Below, piece after piece: positions 43,901-52,400 of a stretch of DNA of 64,000 bases. Source of the stretch: Eledone cirrhosa (lineage: Eukaryota); assembly GCA_964016885.1 (NCBI GenBank), contig OZ024741.1:24986001-25050000 (forward strand). Reading direction: 5' to 3'. Positions within the stretch are counted from its first letter, which is position 1. Every line of letters starts with the position of its first letter. The position numbers were made by a program, and so were the translations under genes. The notes under the pieces were generated by a model. That model saw only the letters and a list, made by a program, of their open reading frames with translations. It was not told where the DNA came from and did no database searches.

Positions 43901-44416
43901 AAATCGACCGATTAACCCTTTGAGGCTATTACACCCCTCTCTATCGGGGCAGGCCCCTACGTAGTCCCAGCGTGCATCTAGGATACCATTCCAGTCCCCC
44001 ACTAATAGCAAGGAGCGGGACGTCCCTAGAAAAGTCTCCAGACGATGGAAGAAGTCCGGCCGCATTGACCCGAAAGGGCCGTAGGCGGCTACCAACCTAA
44101 ACGCTCCGCCTTTACCACTGCCAAGGTCCAGAACCACTAGTCGACCCTCCGGGTCCAAATGTACCATCTGTGTTGCGAGACCCAGATGTTTTTGCAGCAG
44201 AACGACAACTCCACCCCCACCTCCGGGCTGACAGAGAGATGCGTGCATCTCAAAGTCATCAAAGGTGGGGGCCAGCTGTCGCACGTTGCTGATCCGGGCC
44301 TCGCAAATAACCATCACATCTATACGTTGTGACCTGAGGTCATTTAGAAGCATTGCTTGCTTCCAAGTTGAGCCCAGGCCACGCGCATTTAAACAGCCTA
44401 CTCTTAGCATAGCCAT
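40979..44416 (-). CDS. ORF2: AP-like endonuclease / reverse transcriptase / C-terminal zinc-binding protein (~1145 aa from the first ATG)
   Basis: APE motifs GCLNARGL, ICE, AYGP, GDWN, LDRFLV and SDH. RT motifs KSPGLDGLPYELY, NFRPITLLN, DQSKAFDRVDH, RQGCPLS and YADD. C-terminal CPRC..EETVAHALVHC. The ORF-track start at 44440 is GTG; the first ATGs are at 44416 and 44410. Confidence 0.96.
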   Translation of the reverse strand: MAMLRVGCLNARGLGSTWKQAMLLNDLRSQRIDVMVICEARISNVRQLAPTFDDFEMHASLCQPGGGGGVVVLLQKHLGLATQMVHLDPEGRLVVLDLGSGKGGAFRLVAAYGPFGSMRPDFFHRLETFLGTSRSLLLVGDWNGILDARWDYVGACPDREGCNSLKGLIGRFDLADRYRLDFPTAPTWTWANRSGSSRSYLDRFLVRIKDKDFLSCPIMRMVGYSDHKLVTCMVNLDRTHRQGPGYWKLNLSLPASRAYRNRISTLVKERLTGAIVNSRWWVSLKREIRVVSIEFSKVLAADRNRKERELIDRVEEAIRSGDVARVLASRTALSQFFDAKHEGCVVRSKIRALGNEGTKAVSWARVTEANSGTKSTIRSLRDLDGRAILEPKQMCEAFQRHFARLFGRGGEPVGNVDFGPYLDGLPRLSDREAKSCEEPISAAEIEDVLSQCGKRKSPGLDGLPYELYLAMPDLFPDLLEAVYCNWQQNGRIPCTVTKGVVTLVRKDENKGDEISNFRPITLLNTELQILAKVLAKRLALVVGNLVGDAQTCAIPSRSIHDNLHLMRYIIERVGNEPGFGGALINLDQSKAFDRVDHGYLDAVLAAAGFGPVFRGWITAMHSSRICSRVKVNGYLSEPFKIARSIRQGCPLSSLLYVLTLEPLLRKLELLQGIPLEPGLRKAVSAYADDVTVMVSTASEIEAVGTLLEEYEKFTGAKLNRDKSIGLQLGTWRGRPMPSDSVVGRWTEGPVKLLGVWFGPDLQVEKNWAEVTNRVFALTQKWASCKLSLKGRAEVANTYIASVIYYRLTVVPCPRETLTKMERALFQFLWKRRAPMVRRSICCQHPSKGGLGMPWLMMRKHALRLRHLYVFLTGQPVWASFVRRTFPRLVSLTELQSWVKQRPRKLGAWHTECAQALTALWQADPVISGDSTATFYRGLVRSRCDDALGEALDMEEDELASLFGRTFSPGPMDNFQKSLAWQCYRGALPVRERLYRHGRPGRDPAKKICPRCVCDEETVAHALVHCSGVADLWGYVEQLLSRVGPIRLTTESIVMIKPPPPFKDEAEAVFLCVIAMAKEVVWWTRLKGLRSGTFLSGQQLVRFFRYHFGRRIRMEREVLHPSRFYERWVKVARMARMNGPSLYIRL

Positions 44417-44440
44417 GTTGGTGGTGAAGAGAAAAGGCAC

Positions 44441-46219
44441 TTACCTCTCTGCGTCCCGGGTATCGGGCTGCACAATTTCCATTAGGGTGGGGGATGGGTT
44501 GTTGGGTGGGGTGGTGGTTTGTGGAAGTGTGGGGGCATCAGTGTGTTGTGTGGTTGGGGAGCTTGGAGTTGTGAGGGTGTTTGGGGAGGGGGTGGGATAG
44601 TTTTTTAGGAGGACGCGGTTAATGGGCCCGACGCAGGGGGGACCCACGTCCTCTTTAAAATTGTTTTTTAAAGTTTTATAGGTGTCCTGTGGGGCCTTAA
44701 TCATTTTGAGGTGGGGGAAATCCCCTGCCTGGGTGAAGTTAGGCCCTTGTGTTTTTATTAGATTGTTGTTGTACACAATGTTTAACAGTTTTTTGTTTCT
44801 TGTATTTATGTATGTGTATGCATGTTTTTGTTTTTGTGTGGTGTTTTTTGTTTGCTGTTGTGAGCTCTTTTGTGTTGGTGTCAGTGTTATGTTTTGGGGA
44901 GGGGTTTTTTTCATTTGTGTGTCTGAGGTGTGTTTTCTTTTTTTTCTTTTGATTGTGTGGAAGTGCTCCTCCTCGTCTGACGACGAACTAGGGTCATCTT
45001 CCGCGTTGGAGGGGAGGGGTATATTTTCGGGTTGTGTTTGCGGTACGGGTGTTTTGGAAATTGTTTTTGTTTTTTGAGTGGAGGGGATGGGTTGGACATT
45101 GTTTTGTTTTGGTTTGAGCTGTGGTGGTTGTTTTTGTAGTGGTAGTTGTGGTGATTGTGTTGGTTGTGCAGTTGTTGGTGGTGTAGGCAGGATTGGGGTT
45201 TTCTTATTAAGTTGGGGACAGACAGCCCTCAGGTGACCTCTGGTTCCGCAGAGGTAACACGAGGGCCGTCTACCCTCAACGGTAATGTTGATGAAGGTTA
45301 GATCATCCAGTATGACGCGTTCAGGGATCTGGGCGATCCTTTCGGGCCTCATTTGAACTACAAGTTCGAGGCTCGTTCCACTGAACGCGTCACCCGATGC
45401 CTTTCCCATGGACACCAGCATGTCATCCTCCAGGTCGAGAAAACCTGTCAAAACCCACCATATGTCCATAATCGGCAGGATGGTGTGGATTTTTATTTTT
45501 TGCGTTCTTCTACCCATGTACGTAGGGTAGAAGGTGTATGCGGTGGATGTGATTGGTTTGATGGACAGTTTCACTGCTGTGTCCCTGTCCTTCATGAGAA
45601 TGGATAGACTCCCGTAGAGTCTATCCTTCTGAATGAAGGTGATGTCCTTCATGACGTCTTTTAAAACCAGCTCTATCTCGCTCTGTGATGGTTGAGCTGG
45701 TTTTTTACTTTTGTTCGAGATTGTCCTAAACATGACCGTGTTTAGGAGTCTCTGGCTTTTTAGTTCCGGGGGGGAATGGATTGTGAATGAACCATTTTCC
45801 CCGTACACTATATATTTTTTCGCATCCGCCAGTAGCTCCTTCGCTTTTGTTATATCTACTGGCAGATAGTCGAGGGTTTTCCTTGTCGTCTCGGCGAAGG
45901 AGAAATTTTGTTTGTTTGTGTTGTTGTTGTCGTTGGTGGTGTTGTTGTTATCATTGTTGTTGTTGTCACCGTTATTGGTCTTGTTGTTGTTATTGTTATT
46001 GGTGTTGTTTTCGTCCGTCGCATTGTTGTTGTTGCTGTTGCCGCTGGTTCTTTGAGTTGTTGCCATGGCAACGTCAAGTTGTCGGTTAACAGGTGGAGAG
46101 AATTCTTCCTCTGGCTGACCTTTCTTCTTGACCTCTGCTACTGTGACAGTGGCAGGGGGAAGCTGTAAGTTCATCTTCCCCTTTCCTCCTTCGAATTTTG
46201 GTGAAGAAGCTTCGGCCAT
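44441..46219 (-). CDS. ORF1: gag-like nucleic-acid-binding protein with CCHC zinc knuckle (592 aa)
   Basis: ATG start, directly upstream of ORF2. CYLCGTRGHLRAVC (CX2CX4HX4C) at 45218-45259, an Asn/Thr-rich N-terminal tract, a P/Q/T-rich linker, and an acidic patch followed by KRKKRK. Confidence 0.92.
   Translation of the reverse strand: MAEASSPKFEGGKGKMNLQLPPATVTVAEVKKKGQPEEEFSPPVNRQLDVAMATTQRTSGNSNNNNATDENNTNNNNNNKTNNGDNNNNDNNNTTNDNNNTNKQNFSFAETTRKTLDYLPVDITKAKELLADAKKYIVYGENGSFTIHSPPELKSQRLLNTVMFRTISNKSKKPAQPSQSEIELVLKDVMKDITFIQKDRLYGSLSILMKDRDTAVKLSIKPITSTAYTFYPTYMGRRTQKIKIHTILPIMDIWWVLTGFLDLEDDMLVSMGKASGDAFSGTSLELVVQMRPERIAQIPERVILDDLTFINITVEGRRPSCYLCGTRGHLRAVCPQLNKKTPILPTPPTTAQPTQSPQLPLQKQPPQLKPKQNNVQPIPSTQKTKTISKTPVPQTQPENIPLPSNAEDDPSSSSDEEEHFHTIKRKKRKHTSDTQMKKTPPQNITLTPTQKSSQQQTKNTTQKQKHAYTYINTRNKKLLNIVYNNNLIKTQGPNFTQAGDFPHLKMIKAPQDTYKTLKNNFKEDVGPPCVGPINRVLLKNYPTPSPNTLTTPSSPTTQHTDAPTLPQTTTPPNNPSPTLMEIVQPDTRDAER
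45910..46045 (-). repeat. Degenerate (AAC)n coding microsatellite in ORF1
   Basis: TTG/GTT repeats on the plus strand encode the NNNN/TTN tracts. Confidence 0.8.
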
Positions 46220-46435
46220 TTAAAAAAATATTGACTTTTCAACAAGAAAAAACTTTTTTTTTGTTTAACTATTTCGCCTAAAGGCGTAGAATATTTTGAG
46301 AGACTGACCAGATCAAAGTTTGACCTGGCAGTCCCTCTACAAAATGGTACAAAAATTAAAGTTATCAGACAAGAATTTCTATAGAAATTTAAACAGAACT
46401 TACTCAGCAGGTTATACGCGTGTGTCCATCCCAGA
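46220..46435 (-). promoter_or_regulatory. Retrotransposon 5' UTR (presumed internal promoter)
   Basis: Non-satellite, non-coding stretch upstream of the ORF1 ATG, containing inverted repeats. The promoter role is inferred from L1-clade biology. Confidence 0.55.
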
Positions 46436-46451
46436 GATAGATAGATAGATA
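46436..46451 (+). repeat. (GATA)4 microsatellite at the 5' junction of the full-length element
   Basis: CCAGA-GATAGATAGATAGATA-TACAGTATC; I saw no comparable tract in the satellite. Confidence 0.92.
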
Positions 46452-49400
46452 TACAGTATCTTTTATTAGAAATGTGGTAATAAAAGGGTTAAACAACATA
46501 GACAGTGTCTTTTATTAGAAATATGTTAATGAAAGGGTTAAACAACATAGACAGTGTCTTTTATTAGAAATATGGTAATGAAAGGGTTAAACAACTTAGA
46601 CAGTGTCTTTTATTAAAAATATGGTAATGAAAGGGTTAAACAACATAGATAGTGTCTTTCATTAGAAATATGGTAATGAAAGGGTTAAACAACATAGGCA
46701 ATGTCTTCTATTAGAAATATGATAATGAAAGGGTTAAATAACATAGACAGTTTCGTTTATTAGAAATATGGTAATGAAAGGGTTAAACAACATAGACAGT
46801 GTCTTTTATTACAAATATGGTAATGAAAGGGTTGAACAACATAGACAGTGTCTTTTATTAGAAATATGGTAATGAAAGTGTTAAACAACATAGACAGTGT
46901 CTTTTATTAGAAATATGGTAATGAAAGTGTTAAACAACATAGACAGTGTCTTTTATTAGAAATGTGGTAATGAAAGTGTTAAACAAAATAGACAGTGTCT
47001 TTTATTAGAAATATGGTAATGAAAGGGTTTAGCAACATATACAGTATCTTTTATTAGAAATGTGGTAATGAAAGGGTTAAACAACATAGACAGTGTCTTT
47101 TATTAGAAATATGTTAATGAAAGGGTTAAACAACATAGACAGTGTCTTTTATTAGAAATATGATAATGAAAGGGTTAAACAACATAGATAGTGTCTTTCA
47201 TTAGAAATATGGTAATGAAAGGGTTAAACAACATAGGCAATGTCTTCTATTAGAAATATGTTAATGAAAGGGTTAAACAACATAGACAGTTTCGTTTATT
47301 AGAAATATGGTAATGAAAGGGTTAAACAACATAGACAGTGTCTTTTATTAGAAATAGGGTAATGAAAGGGTTAAACAACATAGTGTCTTCTATTAGAAAT
47401 ATGATAATGAAAGGGTTAAACAACATAGACAGTGTCTTTTATTAGAAATATGGTAATGAAAGGGTTAAACAACATAGACAGTGTGTTTTATTAGAAATAT
47501 GATAATGAAAGTGTTAAACAACATAGATAGTGTCTTTTATTAGAAATATGGTACTGAAAGGGTTAAACAACATAGATAGTGTCTTTTATTAGAAATATGG
47601 TAATGAAAGGGTTAAACAACATAGACAGTATCTTTTATTAGAAATGTGGTAATAAAAGGGTTAAACAACATAGACAGTGTCTTTTTTTAGAAATATGGTA
47701 ATGAAAGGGTTAAACAACATAGACAGTGTCTTTTATTAGAAATATGGTAATGAAAGGGTTTAACAACATATACAGTATCTTTTATTAGAAATGTGGTAAT
47801 GAAAGGGTTAAACAACATAGACAGTGTCTTTTATTAGAAATATGTTAATGAAAGGGTTAAACAACATAGACAGTGTCTTTTATTAGAAATATGATAATGA
47901 AAGGGTTAAACAACATAGATAGTGTCTTTCATTAGAAATATGGTAATGAAAGGGTTAAACAACATAGGCAATGTCTTCTATTAGAAATATGATAATGAAA
48001 GGGTTAAATAACATAGACAGTTTCGTTTATTAGAAATATGGTAATGAAAGGGTTAAACAACATAGACAGTGTTTTTTATTAGAAATATGGTAATGAAAGG
48101 GTTGAAAAACATAGACAGTGTCTTTTATTAGAAATATGGTAATGAAAGGGTTAAACAACATAGACAGTGTCTTTTATTAGAAATATGGTAATGAAAGTGT
48201 TAAACAACATAGACAGTGTCTTTTATTAGAAATGTGGTAATGAAAGTGTTAAACAAAATAGACAGTGTCTTTTATTAGAAATGTGGTAATGAAAGGGTTA
48301 AACAACATAGACAGTCTCTTACATTAGAAATATGGTAATGAAAGGGTTAAACAACATAGACAGTGTCTTTTATTAGAAATATGGTAATGCAAGCGTTAAA
48401 CAACATAGACAGTGTCTTTTATTAGAAATATGGTAATGAAAGGGTTAAACAACATAGACAGTGTCTTTTATTAGAAATATGGTAATGAAAGGGTTTAACA
48501 ACATATACAGTATCTTTTATTAGAAATGTGGTAATGAAAGGGTTAAACAACATAGACAGTGTCTTTTATTAGAAATATGTTAATGAAAGGTTTAAACAAC
48601 ATAGACAGTGTCTTTTATTAGAAATATGATAATGAAAGGGTTAAACAACATAGATAGTGTCTTTCATTAGAAATATGGTAATGAAAGGGTTAAACAACAT
48701 AGACAGTGTTTTTTATTAGAAATATGGTAATGAAAGTGTTAAACAACATAGACAGTATCTTTTATTAGAAATATGATAATGAAAGGGTTAAGTAACATAG
48801 ACAGTGTGTTTTATTAGAAATATGGTAATGAAAGGGTTAAACAACATAGACAGTCTCTTACATTAGAAATATGGTAATGAAAGGGTTAAACAACATAGAC
48901 AGTATCTTTTATTAGAAATGTGCTAATGAAAGGGTTAAACAACATAGACAGTGTCTTTTTTTAGAAATATGGTAATGAAAGGATTAAACAACATAGACAG
49001 TGTCTTTTATTAGAAATATGGTAATGAAAGGGTTTAACAACATAAACAGTGTGTATTATTAGAAATGTGGTAATGAAAGGGTTAAACAACTTAGACAGTG
49101 TCTTTTATTAGAAATATAGTAATGAAAGGGTTAAACAACTTAGACAGTGTCTTTTATTAGAAATATGGTAATGAAAGGGTTAAACAACATAGACAGTATC
49201 TTTTATTAGAAATATGGTAATGAAAGGGTTAAACAACATAGACAGTGTCTTTTATTAGAAATATGGTAATGAAAGGGTTAAACAACATAGACAGTGTCTT
49301 TTATTAGAAATATGGTAATGCAAGAGTTAAACAACATAAACAGTGTCTTTTATTAGAAATATGGTAATGAAAGGGTTAAACAACATAGATAGTGTCTTTC

Positions 49401-52400
49401 ATTAGAAATATGGTAATGAAAGGGTTAAATTACATAGGCAGTGTCTTCTATTAGAAATATGATAATGAAAGGGTTAAACAACATAGACAGTGTCTTTTAT
49501 TAGAAATATGGTAATGAAAGTGTTAAACAACATAGACAGTGTCTTTTATTAGAAATGTGGTAATGAAAGTGTTAAACAACATAGACAGTATCTTTTATTA
49601 GAAATGTGGTAATGAAAGGGTTAAACAACATAGACAGTGTCTTTTATTAGAAATGTGGTAATGAAAGGGTTAAACAACATAGACAGTGTCTTTTATTAGA
49701 AATATGGTAATGAAAGATTTAAACAACATAGACAGTGTGTTTTATTAGAAATATGGTAATGAAAGGGTAAAACAACATGGACAGTGTCTTTTATTAGAAA
49801 TATGATAATGAAAGGGTTAAAAAACATAGACAGTGTCTTGTATTAGAAATATGGTAATGAAAGGGTTAAACAACATAGACAGTGTCTTTTATTAGAAATA
49901 TGGTAATGAAAGGGTTAAACAACATAGACAGTGTCTTTTATTAGAAATATGGTAATGAAAGTGTTAAACAACATAGACAATGTCTTTTATTAGAAATATG
50001 GTAATGAAAGGGTTAAACAACATAGACAGTGTCTTTTATTAGAAATATGGTAATGAAAGGGTTAAACAACATAGACAGTGTCTTTTATTGGAAATATGAT
50101 AATGAAAGGGTTAAACAACATAGACAGTGTCTTTTATTAGAAATATGGTAATGAAAGGGTTAAACAACATGGACAGTGTCTTTTATTAGAAATATGGTAA
50201 TGAAAGGGTTAAACAACATAGACAGTGTCTTTTATTAGAAATATGATAATGAAAGGGTTAAACAACACAGACAGTGTCTTTTATTAGATATAGGGTAATG
50301 AAAGGGTTAAACAACATAGACAGTGTCTTTTTTTAGAAATATGGTAATGAAAGGATTAAACAACATAGACAGTGTCTTTTATTAGAAATATGGTAATGAA
50401 AGGGTTTAACAACATAAACAGTATCTTTTATTAGAAATGTGGTAATGAAAGGGTTAAACAACATAGACAGTGTCTTTTATTAGAAATATGATAATGAAAC
50501 GGTTAAACAACATAGACAGTGTCTTTTATTATAAATATGGTAATGAAAGGGTTAAACAACATAGACAGTGTTTTTTATTAGAAATATGGTAATGAAAGGT
50601 TTAAACAACATAGACAGTGTCTTTTATTAGAAATATGGTAATGAAAGCGTTAAACAACATAGACAGTGTCTTTTATTAGAAATATGGTAATGAAAGGGTT
50701 ACACAACATAGACAGTGTCTTTTATTAGAAATATGGTAATGAAAGGGTTAAACAACATAGACAGTGTCTTTTATTAGAAATATGGTAATGAAAGGGTTAA
50801 ACAACATAGACAGTGTCTTTTATTAGAAATATGGTAATGAAAGGGTTAAACAACATAGATAGTGTCTTTTATTAGAAATATGGTAATGAAAGGGTTAAAC
50901 AACATAAACAGTGTCTTTTATTAGAAATATGGTAATGAAAGGGTTAAACAACATAGATAGTGTCTTTCATTAGAAATATGGTAATGAAAGGGTTAAATTA
51001 CATAGGCAGTGTCTTCTATTAGAAATATGATAATGAAAGGGTTAAACAACATAGACAGTGTCTTTTATTAGAAATATGGTAATGAAAGTGTTAAACAACA
51101 TAGACAGTGTCTTTTATTAGAAATGTGGTAATGAAAGTGTTAAACAACATAGACAGTATCTTTTATTAGAAATGTGGTAATGAAAGGGTTAAACAACATA
51201 GACAGTGTCTTTTATTAGAAATGTGGTAATGAAAGGGTTAAACAACATAGACAGTGTCTTTTATTAGAAATATGGTAATGAAAGATTTAAACAACATAGA
51301 CAGTGTGTTTTATTAGAAATATGGTAATGAAAGGGTAAAACAACATGGACAGTGTCTTTTATTAGAAATATGATAATGAAAGGGTTAAAAAACATAGACA
51401 GTGTCTTGTATTAGAAATATGGTAATGAAAGGGTTAAACAACATAGACAGTGTCTTTTATTAGAAATATGGTAATGAAAGGGTTAAACAACATAGACAGT
51501 GTCTTTTATTAGAAATATGGTAATGAAAGGGTTAAACAACATAGACAATGTCTTTTATTAGAAATATGGTAATGAAAGGGTTAAACAACATAGACAGTGT
51601 CTTTTATTAGAAATATGGTAATGAAAGGGTTAAACAACATAGACAGTGTCTTTTATTGGAAATATGATAATGAAAGGGTTAAACAACATAGAGAGTGTCT
51701 TTTATTAGAAATATGGTAATGAAAGGGTTAAACAACATGGACAGTGTCTTTTATTAGAAATATGGTAATGAAAGGGTTAAACAACATAGACAGTGTCTTT
51801 TATTAGAAATATGATAATGAAAGGGTTAAACAACACAGACAGTGTCTTTTATTAGATATAGGGTAATGAAAGGGTTAAACAACATAGACAGTGTCTTTTT
51901 TTAGAAATATGGTAATGAAAGGATTAAACAACATAGACAGTGTCTTTTATTAGAAATATGGTAATGAAAGGGTTTAACAACATAAACAGTATCTTTTATT
52001 AGAAATGTGGTAATGAAAGGGTTAAACAACATAGACAGTGTCTTTTATTAGAAATATGATAATGAAACGGTTAAACAACATAGACAGTGTCTTTTATTAG
52101 AAATATGGTAATGAAAGGGTTAAACAACATAGACAGTGTTTTTTATTAGAAATATGGTAATGAAAAGTTTAAACAACATAGACAGTGTCTTTTATTAGAA
52201 ATATGGTAATGAAAGCGTTAAACAACATAGACAGTGTCTTTTATTAGAAATATGGTAATGAAAGGGTTACACAACATAGACAGTGTCTTTTATTAGAAAT
52301 ATGGTAATGAAAGGGTTAAACAACATAGACAGTGTCTTTTATTAGAAATATGGTAATGAAAGGGTTAAACAACATAGACAGTGTCTTTTATTAGAAATAT

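Larger units (their letters stand above)
40715..46435 (-). mobile_element. Full-length Tx1-like (L1 clade) non-LTR retrotransposon, copy 2 (~5.7 kb)
   Basis: 5' UTR, zinc-knuckle ORF1, ORF2 with APE+RT+CCHC, and a 3' UTR with AATAAA. No LTRs or TIRs. Both ORFs are uninterrupted. The Tx1 assignment rests on domain architecture and motif style, not on a search. Confidence 0.95.

Noticed and set aside
40979-44416. Assigning a host species (the ORF2 style recalls mollusc/cephalopod Tx1-like proteins)
   Set aside because: This is only an impression from memory and cannot be supported without a database search.
44417-44440. GTG start for ORF2 as given in the ORF track
   Set aside because: In a eukaryotic element the ATG at 44416 or 44410 fits better, directly ahead of the APE first motif.
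41060-46168. Short plus-strand and alternate-frame ORFs overlapping ORF1/ORF2 (also 20200-21502)
   Set aside because: These are shadow ORFs of GC-rich or low-complexity coding sequence with no recognisable motifs.
40715-46435. LTR element, retron, group II intron or DGR
   Set aside because: There are no terminal repeats, integrase or protease; APE+RT+CCHC with a 5'-truncated sibling and a TSD is diagnostic of a non-LTR element.
46220-46451. 5' self-cleaving ribozyme (HDV-like or hammerhead)
   Set aside because: I could not find a CUGAnGA...GAAA core or an HDV nested double pseudoknot by eye; an Infernal scan would be needed to exclude it.
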